A stretch of DNA of 64,000 nt from Bacteroidia bacterium (lineage in GTDB: Bacteria; Bacteroidota; Bacteroidia; JANWJV01). The notes beneath the pieces were generated by a model. That model ran no database searches. It worked only from the letters and a program-made list of their open reading frames with translations, and had not been told where the DNA came from. The stretch covers positions 2,428 through 66,427 of the forward strand of contig JANWJV010000124.1 of the NCBI GenBank assembly GCA_025451785.1. The letters run 5' to 3'. Numbering within the stretch: position 1 is the stretch's first letter; each line of letters starts with the position of its first letter. The position numbers and the translations under genes were made by a program. Positions 11,298-20,203 of this stretch are shown piece after piece.

Positions 11298-12731
11298 TCA
11301 CTTAATGATGTTCACATGCCCCATCATCTTGTGTTCCTCCCCGAATTTTGCGTCATAAAAACGGAGGGTATACACGAAAACGGTGCTTTGCATGATCTGT
11401 TCGTTCATGTTCTCCAGGGTGCCTTTCCACACATCGGTGGGATCCTGGCTTACAAATACCTGCTGTCCCCATCGGGTGAAGACGCGCATCTCAAAATTTT
11501 CTTTTTTGATCCCTGTTGCCTTCACAAAGAACACATCGTTAAGGCCATCGCCGTTAGGGCTGAACGAATTAGGAACGTACATGGTGTACTCATCGCGCAC
11601 CATAATGGTCTTCGTGGAAGTATCGCAGCAACCGTCGCTGTTACAGGCGATAAGCCTTGCGGGATATTCGCCCTCATTAGCATAGGTGTTCTGCGGATTC
11701 TGAAGGATGGAGGTATTGCCATCGCCAAAATCCCAGCCCCACTGTACGGCGCCACCGGTTTGATCAGTGAAGGTGCAAATAGGATCGAAAAGAGATACTA
11801 CAGGAGGGCTCGCAATGAAGTTGGCGGTGATGGGCGCGCCGATCTTCACTATTACGGTATCCCTTGCTTTGCCTCCGCTGCACATGGTTACTTCGGCAAT
11901 GTAAGAGGTGGTGGTGGTGGGGCTTACGGTAATGCTGTTGCCTACGCCGATGTTGGTGCTTCCCTGGTACCAGGTAACACCACTGGGAATGAACTCCCAG
12001 CCTTCGTTAGAAGCAGTCCATGCTACGGAATTCCTTCCGGGAACAACGTAAGCAATAGTACCAGTAGCATCATGAACACCCTGTGTGGCAGTACCGCCCT
12101 GCCATGAAGTACAAGGGGGTTTTGTTTGAATGTAGTTCTCGATCTTGTTCGAGGTCTCGTTGAGCACAACCTGGAAAGTGCCCAGGTTGGCGGTGCACTG
12201 GAACAGCGGAACGCCAAGCCAGGTGATCACGCATTTACGGTTGGGCTGGCTGCCGGTGGTTTGGTAAAGTACTTGTCCAACGCCGTTATCGGGAGCCCAA
12301 TCCTGCCAGGGGCCCATGATGCAATCTTTGGGAACGCTGGCGTTGGTGCTCGGAATAGCGGCAGAGGTATAGTTGGTGGGCTGGCCCTTGGTAAAACTTA
12401 CCCAGCCATTGGAAGCGATGTATAAATAATCATGCGGCTTGCCCAGGAAACAGAAGGTAAAGCCAATGGAGATAGAGTCGGTAAGGCAGTCGTCGCAATA
12501 GTTGAACGGCTTATTGGTGATGGCTTCGGTGGCCATGGTTCCAGCGAAAGGCTCGGGCGTGTATGGGATCTGTTTGAAGGAATAACTGGTGGTTCCCGCA
12601 ACGCCTTTGACAATGGCATTGAGCTGTACAGGGGCTCCGTCGCACATGGCTGTGTCGTTACCGGCATTGATCTGTGCAGATGCCAGTGCGGGTAAAACAG
12701 CGATGAAAAAACAAATAAGGGCCTTTTTCAT
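11298..12731 (-). CDS. T9SS type B cargo: nidogen-like N-domain, PKD domain and gliding-motility-associated C-terminal domain
   Basis: Likely start MKKALICFF (12731). SIGFTFCF..YIASNGWVSF..WQDW, WDFGDG PKD motif, YVPNSFSPNGDGLNDVF...GHVNIIK CTD. Confidence 0.8.
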   Translation of the reverse strand: MKKALICFFIAVLPALASAQINAGNDTAMCDGAPVQLNAIVKGVAGTTSYSFKQIPYTPEPFAGTMATEAITNKPFNYCDDCLTDSISIGFTFCFLGKPHDYLYIASNGWVSFTKGQPTNYTSAAIPSTNASVPKDCIMGPWQDWAPDNGVGQVLYQTTGSQPNRKCVITWLGVPLFQCTANLGTFQVVLNETSNKIENYIQTKPPCTSWQGGTATQGVHDATGTIAYVVPGRNSVAWTASNEGWEFIPSGVTWYQGSTNIGVGNSITVSPTTTTSYIAEVTMCSGGKARDTVIVKIGAPITANFIASPPVVSLFDPICTFTDQTGGAVQWGWDFGDGNTSILQNPQNTYANEGEYPARLIACNSDGCCDTSTKTIMVRDEYTMYVPNSFSPNGDGLNDVFFVKATGIKKENFEMRVFTRWGQQVFVSQDPTDVWKGTLENMNEQIMQSTVFVYTLRFYDAKFGEEHKMMGHVNIIK

Positions 12732-12960
12732 AAACCTTCCCTTGTACGGGTACAATCGTTAAAAGTAACAATTAAAACAACAATTACCAAATTTGCTTGT
12801 TTTGGGCATTTTCCTCAATAAAAGAAAGACACAGGGCCGGGAGCATAGGTTGCATTTTCGGGGGGTAAAAAACCTGTATTTTTTGGGGTATTTGCCCCGG
12901 GCTTCGCCCGATTGCATTTTCTTTCTATTTTAGCGTCCTAATCCCTAAAAAATCATTGAA

Positions 12961-13902
12961 ATGAAAGTAACAGTAGTAGGTGCAGGCAATGTAGGCGCTA
13001 CCTGTGCCGATGTGATCGCTCATAAGGAGCTGGCCAACGAGGTGGTGCTCGTGGATATCAAAGAGAATTTTGCCGAAGGCAAAGCCCTCGATATCTGGCA
13101 AACGGCCCCCATCAACATGTACGATACACGTGTGAAGGGTTCCACAAATGATTACACCAAAACAGCTGGTTCAGATGTGGTGGTGATCACTTCGGGCCTT
13201 CCCCGTAAACCGGGAATGAGCCGCGACGACCTGATCTCTACCAATGCGGGCATCGTAAAATCGGTGACCGAGAACATCATCAAGCATTCGCCCAACGCCA
13301 TCATCATCATTGTATCCAATCCCCTCGACGTGATGACCTATTGCGCGTATCTCACCGCGAAGAAAGACTCAAGGAAAGTGTTCGGTATGGCCGGCATTCT
13401 TGATACCGCGCGTTACCGCGCATTCCTTGCGGAAGCGCTCAATTGTTCACCTAAGGATATCCAGGCTGTTCTCATGGGCGGCCACGGCGACACTATGGTG
13501 CCGCTGCCCCGTTATACTACCGTAGGAGGCATACCCGTTACTGAACTTATCGAAAAAGATAAACTGGATGCTATCATCGAGCGTACCAAGAAAGGCGGAG
13601 GAGAGATCGTGAACCTGCTGGGAACTTCAGCATGGTACGCTCCTGGCGCCGCCGCGGCGCAAATGGTGGAGGCCATTGTGCGTGACCAGAAGAGGATCTT
13701 CCCCGTATGCGCGCTGCTCAACGGCGAATACGGTTTGAAGAACATCTACCTGGGAGTGCCTGTGAAGCTTGGCAAGAACGGCATCGAAGAGATCATTGAG
13801 CTGAAGCTGAACGCCGACGAAACAAAGCTGCTGCAGGATTCTGCAAAGGCTGTTAAAGAGGTGATGGACGTTCTTGATAACATGAACGCCGTTACCAAGT
13901 AA
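12961..13902 (+). CDS. mdh: Malate dehydrogenase (LDH-like)
   Basis: GAGNVG, ITSGLPRKPGMSRDDL, SNPLD, LDTARYR, GGHGDTMVP. Confidence 0.95.
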   Translation: MKVTVVGAGNVGATCADVIAHKELANEVVLVDIKENFAEGKALDIWQTAPINMYDTRVKGSTNDYTKTAGSDVVVITSGLPRKPGMSRDDLISTNAGIVKSVTENIIKHSPNAIIIIVSNPLDVMTYCAYLTAKKDSRKVFGMAGILDTARYRAFLAEALNCSPKDIQAVLMGGHGDTMVPLPRYTTVGGIPVTELIEKDKLDAIIERTKKGGGEIVNLLGTSAWYAPGAAAAQMVEAIVRDQKRIFPVCALLNGEYGLKNIYLGVPVKLGKNGIEEIIELKLNADETKLLQDSAKAVKEVMDVLDNMNAVTK

Positions 13903-13916
13903 CCTGCAATAAACAC

Positions 13917-13948
13917 AGAGCACCCTTCATTGAAGGGTGCTTTTTTTT
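13917..13948 (+). terminator. Intrinsic terminator of mdh
   Basis: AGCACCCTTCA-T-TGAAGGGTGCT followed by a T-tract. Confidence 0.85.
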
Positions 13949-13970
13949 GCTCTTGTAATTCCCGCGCCGG

Positions 13971-14402
13971 ATGAAAACAATGATACCACTGAAACTGCTG
14001 AAGATCGAGAACGATGGCTTGCACCTGAGCATTCGCGCGAAGATCAACGGCAAGGCCGCGCACCTGCTGATCGATACCGGCGCCTCAAAGACCGTTTTCG
14101 ACAGCAACCGCATTGGGAAATTTGTAAAGGAAAAGAGCTTCGATCTCAACGACCAGCTGAGCACCGGCCTTGGTACCAACACCATGAAAAGTCATATTGC
14201 GGTGATCAAAAAGATCAGCCTTGGCAAAGTGAACATTGCCGGTTACAAAAGCGTGCTGCTCGACCTTTCGCATGTGAACGAAAGCTATGAGAAGTTAGGA
14301 CTGAAGCCGATAGACGGTGTTTTGGGCAGCGACCTGCTCAGCGAATACAAAGCGGTGATCGATTATCACAAAAAAGCGCTGAGCCTTTCGTTCAGGAAAT
14401 AA
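13971..14402 (+). CDS. Retropepsin-like (clan AA) aspartic protease
   Basis: LLIDTGASKT catalytic motif and IDGVLGSDLL..AVIDY. Confidence 0.85.
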   Translation: MKTMIPLKLLKIENDGLHLSIRAKINGKAAHLLIDTGASKTVFDSNRIGKFVKEKSFDLNDQLSTGLGTNTMKSHIAVIKKISLGKVNIAGYKSVLLDLSHVNESYEKLGLKPIDGVLGSDLLSEYKAVIDYHKKALSLSFRK

Positions 14403-14805
14403 ATTTCTTTCTTATTTCTTCGGTGGGAACCATGCAGGAGTCTCTCTTTCCCCACCAGCGGTAGCGGTTCCTCGCGATGAAATTATAAACGGCATTGCGA
14501 AGGAATGGAGGCACGATGATGAGCCCGAAAAGCAGGGGCCAGAGCCCGGGTAGTTTCCGTGCGATCCTCAGCGCGGCACCTGAACGAAGATGTGCTCTTC
14601 CTTTTTCGATGTATATAAAACTCTCCATTCCCGGTAGCTCCAGCTGGTATTCTGCTACCAGTTTTTTTGCTGCTTCTGACTGCAAAGGCGCGAATAAGAA
14701 CGCGTTGCGATGGTCGCGCTTCAGCAAAAAATTCACCCAGAAATTACAAAGATTGCACTCGCCGTCGAAGAGGATGATGCCCGGTGTTTGCCCCGCCGTG
14801 TTCAT
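14392..14805 (-). CDS. DCC-family thiol-disulfide oxidoreductase (YuxK/DCC1-like)
   Basis: ILFDGECNLC, FAPLQS, YNFIARNRYRWWG. Confidence 0.9.
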   Translation of the reverse strand: MNTAGQTPGIILFDGECNLCNFWVNFLLKRDHRNAFLFAPLQSEAAKKLVAEYQLELPGMESFIYIEKGRAHLRSGAALRIARKLPGLWPLLFGLIIVPPFLRNAVYNFIARNRYRWWGKRDSCMVPTEEIRKKFIS

Positions 14806-16265
14806 CAGGGTTTAAGGGCCACCGAGTAGGGATCGGAGGCCACCTCGATCTTTTTGCCGGTAAGGCTCAGCGTTATCAGGTCAATGAAAACGATGTTGCC
14901 GTTCCTTCCGCCGCAGCCTGAGGAATGGTGCGGAGCCGGGCCGCTGGGATTGAAGTTGCGGTTGGCGATATACACCAGCTTTTTGCTTTCGTCAACAGCA
15001 AGTCCGTGCGGCTGGTAACCGCAGTCGATGATCTTCACGAGAAGATGCGTGTTGTAATCGATCACCGCAACAGATCCTCTTTTTCCAGCGAATGTTACCG
15101 TGTCTTCGGGACATGTAACAAACAATTTTCCCGTAGAAGCCGATACCGCTATTTCCTGCGGGAAGCTGCCGACAGGAATCGTAGCAAGCAGGCTATCGTT
15201 GGCGGTCTTCATGATGCGCACTTCATTGGTCTTCTGGCAGCTCACAAAATACTTGGAACCGTCAGGCGAAAGCAATATCTCATGCGCGTCGTAAAGAGGG
15301 GTCTTGATGATGCTTTGCCCGGTTTGCAGCACCTTAGTGTCTATCTGTGGTGAATAGGGATCGCTCACATCGATCTTGTAAATATAATTGCCGGTTTGCG
15401 CGGTAACGTACAACGTTTTTCCATCACCGCTTATCGCGGAGCCATGCGGGAAGATGAGGTTCTGCGCGTCAACGTAAGTAATGAGCACTGCCCCGGTTAC
15501 AAGGTCAACGTATTTGATCTTGCTCCCGGTCCAGTCGATGCAGAAAGCATTTTTTGAATCGGGGGTGATCACGAAAGTGTTCCAGTCGCCGGCGTTGAGG
15601 AAGACCTGTCCCGCATAGCTGTCGTCAGCCGTCCTGAACTTTTGCAAAGCCTTGCCCGAGCGTAGCAGCGCGTACCAATGCTGCCCGTCAGGCGCAACGC
15701 GGATGTAATGAGGTGACTCGGTGCTTGCGTCATTGCCAACATCAATGTAACGCATTTGCAGGCCGGTCTCCTGGTCGAACACCGTTACCACATCGCAGCC
15801 CTGGTTGGTCACATAGAATTTTTTACGGGTGGGGTTCCCTCCGAACTTTACCATGCCACAACCATTGGGAGCTCCCTGCGCGATCCAGTCCCTGAGCATC
15901 AGGTAGTCAGTTTCCGAAAGCGGTTCGCGCTGGTAGGGCATCACAGGGTTAAGAGTAATGCCAAGCGAAGGATCGGTATTGGTGTAATAACAGAAGGTGC
16001 TGAAGTCAGGCCGGTATGGAATGATACAAGCTCCGCTGCGTCCTCCTTCAAAAAGTTTTTCCCACGATTCCATTGAAAGACCCGCCGCCGCCTCCTTGCT
16101 TTTGTTGTTATGGCAACCCGATACAGCGCACTGGGTAAGGATCAGCCGTCCAACTTTTGATGGATAGCCGCTCTGCGCCTGTGGAATGACCACATCATCG
16201 CGTTTACAGCCGCAAAAGGCCGCAGCGATGAAAGACCAAACAATTAACCATTTTACCTTAACCAT
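14805..16265 (-). CDS. Lipoprotein: CX4CH cytochrome c-like domain fused to a YncE/YVTN beta-propeller
   Basis: Lipobox FCGC followed by KRDD; CAVSGCH...MPY...LRDWIAQGA; propeller repeats (YVTNQG, PHGSAIS.DG..LYV, PHGLAVD); C-terminal PAPHHSSGCGG. Confidence 0.75.
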   Translation of the reverse strand: MVKVKWLIVWSFIAAAFCGCKRDDVVIPQAQSGYPSKVGRLILTQCAVSGCHNNKSKEAAAGLSMESWEKLFEGGRSGACIIPYRPDFSTFCYYTNTDPSLGITLNPVMPYQREPLSETDYLMLRDWIAQGAPNGCGMVKFGGNPTRKKFYVTNQGCDVVTVFDQETGLQMRYIDVGNDASTESPHYIRVAPDGQHWYALLRSGKALQKFRTADDSYAGQVFLNAGDWNTFVITPDSKNAFCIDWTGSKIKYVDLVTGAVLITYVDAQNLIFPHGSAISGDGKTLYVTAQTGNYIYKIDVSDPYSPQIDTKVLQTGQSIIKTPLYDAHEILLSPDGSKYFVSCQKTNEVRIMKTANDSLLATIPVGSFPQEIAVSASTGKLFVTCPEDTVTFAGKRGSVAVIDYNTHLLVKIIDCGYQPHGLAVDESKKLVYIANRNFNPSGPAPHHSSGCGGRNGNIVFIDLITLSLTGKKIEVASDPYSVALKP

Positions 16266-16273
16266 TAACCATC
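16239..16273. repeat. Degenerate 7-bp tandem repeat spanning a stop/start junction
   Basis: aacaatt aaccatt ttacctt aaccatt aaccatc. Confidence 0.6.
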
Positions 16274-16628
16274 AATTGTTTGGTGCTCCATTGTTCAGCC
16301 AGCACTTGATCTTCTTCAGGTCATCAATGGGCAGCGGCCCTGAGGGAGGCATCGATTTAGCTTCCAGCACCCTCTTGTTGAGGCTGCCGTTGTCAGCTTT
16401 TGCCTTCAGGCCCGCATAAGTGGTAAAGTCACCGTTGGCAGAGCCGGCATTGTGGCATCCGGAAGAAACGCAATTGCCGCTGGTGATGGGTTTTATATTG
16501 GCATTGTAAGCCGAGGCCACTTGCGAACAATCTACGTTCGCCAGGGGATCATCGTCTTTCTTTTTACAGGCGCCCGCAAAAAGAAATACGAGTAGGGTGG
16601 TCATCCCAATAAAGTGGAAAAACTTCAT
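16272..16628 (-). CDS. Small lipoprotein with a CX4CH monoheme cytochrome c-like domain
   Basis: Lipobox AGAC followed by KKKDDD; CVSSGCH; distal SMPP; IKCWLNNGAPNN. Confidence 0.75.
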   Translation of the reverse strand: MKFFHFIGMTTLLVFLFAGACKKKDDDPLANVDCSQVASAYNANIKPITSGNCVSSGCHNAGSANGDFTTYAGLKAKADNGSLNKRVLEAKSMPPSGPLPIDDLKKIKCWLNNGAPNN

Positions 16629-16633
16629 TCTCT

Positions 16634-16641
16634 CAAAGGTA
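16634..16641 (-). promoter_or_regulatory. -7 promoter element immediately upstream of the small cytochrome gene
   Basis: TACCTTTG on the minus strand, 5 nt before the ATG, implying a near-leaderless transcript. Confidence 0.55.
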
Positions 16642-16649
16642 AGGAAATC

Positions 16650-17312
16650 CTATATCTTTTTCGCCCACTTGCTCTCAGGGAAGAACTTCTTATACAAAGA
16701 ACCCCAGAAAATGATCGTATTGAAGGAATACACAGGCGCGCTGAACTGTTTGCGGGCATTTTTATCGCCGCTTAACAGGAAACGGTACCCCACATCAGCA
16801 CCCAGCCCGAACCAATAAGTGACCTTGTAGTACCCGGTCACTACCGGCTGATACACGAACACGAAACGGCTGTCGGTATTAGTGCTTCCGCTGACATCAT
16901 CATACGAAGTGAAGCTGCGGCCGAGACCGATCTCGACGGGAACGCTGAACTCCCATTTTTTGGTCTTGAAATAAACATACTCAAAGTAATAATTGAAATA
17001 CTGCAGGTGCATAAAAGCAGGCAAGGTATCGTTAAGCCCGGTAGTGCTGTTGCCGATGACCTTTTCGGTGGAGTAAGGATTTTTCAGAAAGGAAATACCT
17101 CCGCCGATCCTGATCTTGTTGTCGAAGTCGGCGCCGATCTTCGCGCTGAGCACCGGCGCGTTAAAGCCGTCAATAAATGTTTGCCGTGTAGAGAATCCTC
17201 CTGTAAGCCGGGCCTTTTTATGGAAGGCCGCCACAATGGAATCGCCTAGCTGTGCCCTCGAGCAAAGGGCGCACAAGCAGCCAAGAAGAAGCAGGACGAG
17301 TCGCGGACGCAT
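16650..17312 (-). CDS. Hypothetical exported protein, probable small outer-membrane beta-barrel
   Basis: Likely start MRPRLVLLLL; signal peptide; aromatic alternating strands (FEYVYF, WEFSVPVEIGLG, WFGLGADVGYR). Confidence 0.6.
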   Translation of the reverse strand: MRPRLVLLLLGCLCALCSRAQLGDSIVAAFHKKARLTGGFSTRQTFIDGFNAPVLSAKIGADFDNKIRIGGGISFLKNPYSTEKVIGNSTTGLNDTLPAFMHLQYFNYYFEYVYFKTKKWEFSVPVEIGLGRSFTSYDDVSGSTNTDSRFVFVYQPVVTGYYKVTYWFGLGADVGYRFLLSGDKNARKQFSAPVYSFNTIIFWGSLYKKFFPESKWAKKI

Positions 17313-17336
17313 GAGATCGTGCTTAAAATTAAGCAT

Positions 17337-17367
17337 AAAAAAAGAGCGGGACAGGCCCGCTCTTTTT
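17337..17367 (-). terminator. Intrinsic terminator after the propeller pair
   Basis: AAAAAGAGCGGG-ACAGG-CCCGCTCTTTTT. Confidence 0.8.
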
Positions 17368-17384
17368 ACCAGGATATATTTTTC

Positions 17385-18731
17385 TTATTGATGGTTCAGC
17401 GGAATGCTGTAGGTGCCGGTAGTAGTTGACACCTTCAGGAAGTATAGCTGCTTGCCAAGCGCAAGATTCTGATCGATAAGCACAACAAGGTTGCTGCCTT
17501 TTGTTTCTGACCTCAGCACTGTTACACGCTGGCCGATAGAATTGTAAAGCTCCATGCTGCTAAGCGTGCCGGCTCCTTCGGGAAGCACCACCACCAGGCG
17601 ATCGGTAAAGGGGTTGGGGTATGCTTTCACCACCACTCCTTTTGCGTTGCTGGCCACTGAAGTAGTAACAGAGGCCCAGTCGGCGATATGATCGGCGCTG
17701 GTACCGTCGGCAGTTTTAAAATTACCGCCTGCGAACATATCACTGTTCCAGTTCGTGAGGCAATACACATAGTCGTCCATGCCATTGTTGCCGTTGGGGG
17801 CCACATCGTACCATTTAGCTCCATCCCATTTAGCGATGAAGGTAGCGGCCACACCGTCGGCATCTTTGAACTCACCGCCTGCATACAGCTCACCGCTGTA
17901 GCTGCGGAGTGCCCATACGGTATTGTCCATGCCTCCGTTATTGGGTCCCATGCTCATCCATTTGCTGCCGTTATAACTGGCGATGAAATAAGCGCTGGTG
18001 CCATCCACATCTTTGAAGTTGCCTCCGGCTACCAGTTCGTTGTTATATACCTCAAGTGCATATACAGGCCCATCTGCACCACTTGTATTGCCCGCAGGGT
18101 TCACACTCGACCAGGTCGATCCATCCCACTTGGAGATATAACCTGCAGTAGTGCAGCAGGTCTTTTGGAAAGTACCGCCAGCGTAAAGCTCTTTATTGTA
18201 AACACAAAGGGTATATACGTTATCGTTAAGGCCTTTGTCGGCATCGCCCCAATTGCTTCCATCCCAATGGGCCACATGGCTCACGGAATTACCGTCGGCG
18301 GTATTGAAGGCGCCGCCGGCCCAAAGCTGCTTTGAGAAAATACTGAGGCAATACACTCCGCCGTCGAGGTCGTTCTGTCCAACAGAAACCCACTTAGAGC
18401 CGGTCCATTTGGCAATATAATTACAAGAGTTTCCGTCAGCCTGTGTAAAGAGGCCTCCAGCGTAAAGCTCACCGCCGAATTCGGCAATAGCCCATACTTC
18501 GTTGTCCATACCTTTTCCAACGGGAGACCAGTTGTTGCCATCCCATTTGGCAATGTAGTTAGCCGTGTTGCTGCCGGCATTGGTAAAGCTGCCGCCAACG
18601 TAAAGCTCGTTGTTGAATACGGCCATCGCATACACCGAATTATCGGCGCCGGTGCCTACTGCGCTCCAGTTCTGGGCGTAGGAAGTAAGGCTAAGGGCAA
18701 TGGCAGAGAAGGAGAATAAAAGTTTTTTCAT
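17385..18731 (-). CDS. T9SS type A cargo, 7-repeat beta-propeller (copy 2)
   Basis: Seven VYAL..YN.ELYAGG.F..ADG..A.YIAKWDG..W repeats and an AYPNPF CTD. Confidence 0.8.
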   Translation of the reverse strand: MKKLLFSFSAIALSLTSYAQNWSAVGTGADNSVYAMAVFNNELYVGGSFTNAGSNTANYIAKWDGNNWSPVGKGMDNEVWAIAEFGGELYAGGLFTQADGNSCNYIAKWTGSKWVSVGQNDLDGGVYCLSIFSKQLWAGGAFNTADGNSVSHVAHWDGSNWGDADKGLNDNVYTLCVYNKELYAGGTFQKTCCTTAGYISKWDGSTWSSVNPAGNTSGADGPVYALEVYNNELVAGGNFKDVDGTSAYFIASYNGSKWMSMGPNNGGMDNTVWALRSYSGELYAGGEFKDADGVAATFIAKWDGAKWYDVAPNGNNGMDDYVYCLTNWNSDMFAGGNFKTADGTSADHIADWASVTTSVASNAKGVVVKAYPNPFTDRLVVVLPEGAGTLSSMELYNSIGQRVTVLRSETKGSNLVVLIDQNLALGKQLYFLKVSTTTGTYSIPLNHQ

Positions 18732-18758
18732 GATCGGGTTTATTTTAATGGTTGTTTT

Positions 18759-20102
18759 TTACTGGTGGCTCAGCGGAATGCTGTAAGTGCCGCTGGCGGT
18801 TGTCACTTTAAGGAAATATAATTGCTTGCTAAGCGCGAGGTGCTGATCAACAGGTATCGACAAGGCCTTGCCTTTCTTTTCTGCCTTCAGCACAGCCACG
18901 CGCTGACCGATAGAGCTGTAAAGCTCAATGCTGCTAACGGCGCCCGCTCCTTCAGGAAGTATAACTTCAATGTGATCGGTAAAGGGGTTAGGGAATGCTT
19001 TTGCGGCAGCGCCTTTCGCGTTGCTTGCAACTGCAGTGGTAACAGAGTTCCAGCGTGCGATGCTGTTGGCGTTAACGCCATCCACATCGAAAAAAGAACC
19101 GCCGGCATAAAGTGAACCGTTGAAGGCATACAATGAATAGCAGTAATCATCCATGCCGTTGCCGGTGCTGGGCGATACATCGTACCATTTGTTGCCATCC
19201 CATTTCGCGATGTAGGAGGCAGTAACGCCATCGGCATCGTAAAATTCGCCGCCCGCGTAGAGGTCGCCGTTGTAGGAGCAAACGGCCCAAACCACATCAT
19301 CAAGGCCGCTGTTATTTTGGATCGCCACCCATTTGCTTCCGTTGTAAGAAGCAATGTAATCGGCGCTGGTGCCGTCAACATCTGAAAAAAGTCCGCCGGC
19401 GATAAGATCGCCATTGTAAAAGGCAAGCGCGTTAACTACATCGTTGGCTCCATCGGTATTTCCGTTGGGTGCCACGCTTGACCAGGTACTGCCGTCCCAC
19501 TTGGCTATGTAAGTCGCCATAGCGCAGCAGGTCTTTTGAAAAGCGCCGCCGGCATAAAGGTCCGTACCATCGGAGGCCAAAGCATATACATTGGAGTTAA
19601 AGCCCTGGTCAGCGTCCTTCCAGGAGCTGCCGTTCCAGCGGGCTACATAATTTACCGAGTTGCCATCGGCAGTGGTAAAGGTGCCGCCGGCGAACAATTC
19701 GCCGTTGTGTACGGTAAGTGCCATAACAGAACCATCGAGATCGTTATTGCCTAACGATACCCACTTAGAGCCTGTCCACTTAGCAACGTAATTAGCGCTG
19801 TTGCCGCCTGCGTTAAGGAAGTTACCACCGGCGTAAAGCTCGCCGTTATAAACAGCCAGGGCGCGAACGTCGTTGTCCATCCCTTTGCCAAGTGCCGACC
19901 AGCTGCTGCCATCCCATTTTGCTATATAATTAACGGTAATATTTCCTGCTTGCTTAAAATTACCGCCTATATACAGGTCGGTGCCCTGCGAAGTAAGCGC
20001 GAACACATCAACACCGGCGCCAACGCCAAGTGCCGACCAGGCTTGCGCGAAGGAAGAAAGGCTGATAGCAAGAAGAAAAGAGGAGAGTAGAAGTTTTTTC
20101 AT
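18759..20102 (-). CDS. T9SS type A cargo, 7-repeat beta-propeller (copy 1)
   Basis: Collinear paralog of 17385..18731 with an AFPNPF CTD. Confidence 0.8.
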   Translation of the reverse strand: MKKLLLSSFLLAISLSSFAQAWSALGVGAGVDVFALTSQGTDLYIGGNFKQAGNITVNYIAKWDGSSWSALGKGMDNDVRALAVYNGELYAGGNFLNAGGNSANYVAKWTGSKWVSLGNNDLDGSVMALTVHNGELFAGGTFTTADGNSVNYVARWNGSSWKDADQGFNSNVYALASDGTDLYAGGAFQKTCCAMATYIAKWDGSTWSSVAPNGNTDGANDVVNALAFYNGDLIAGGLFSDVDGTSADYIASYNGSKWVAIQNNSGLDDVVWAVCSYNGDLYAGGEFYDADGVTASYIAKWDGNKWYDVSPSTGNGMDDYCYSLYAFNGSLYAGGSFFDVDGVNANSIARWNSVTTAVASNAKGAAAKAFPNPFTDHIEVILPEGAGAVSSIELYSSIGQRVAVLKAEKKGKALSIPVDQHLALSKQLYFLKVTTASGTYSIPLSHQ

Positions 20103-20149
20103 GGGAGGTTTTTTAAATGAACGGCTAAGGTACGAAACCTGCCGTAAAT

Positions 20150-20181
20150 AAAAAACCCTTCCGGCCGGGCCAGAAGGGTTT
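20150..20181 (-). terminator. Intrinsic terminator of the act-cox operon
   Basis: AAAAAACCCTTCCGGCC-G-GGCCAGAAGGGTTT, with a T-tract on the minus strand. Confidence 0.75.
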
Positions 20182-20203
20182 CAGTTGAAGATCAGCGTTG
20201 CAT

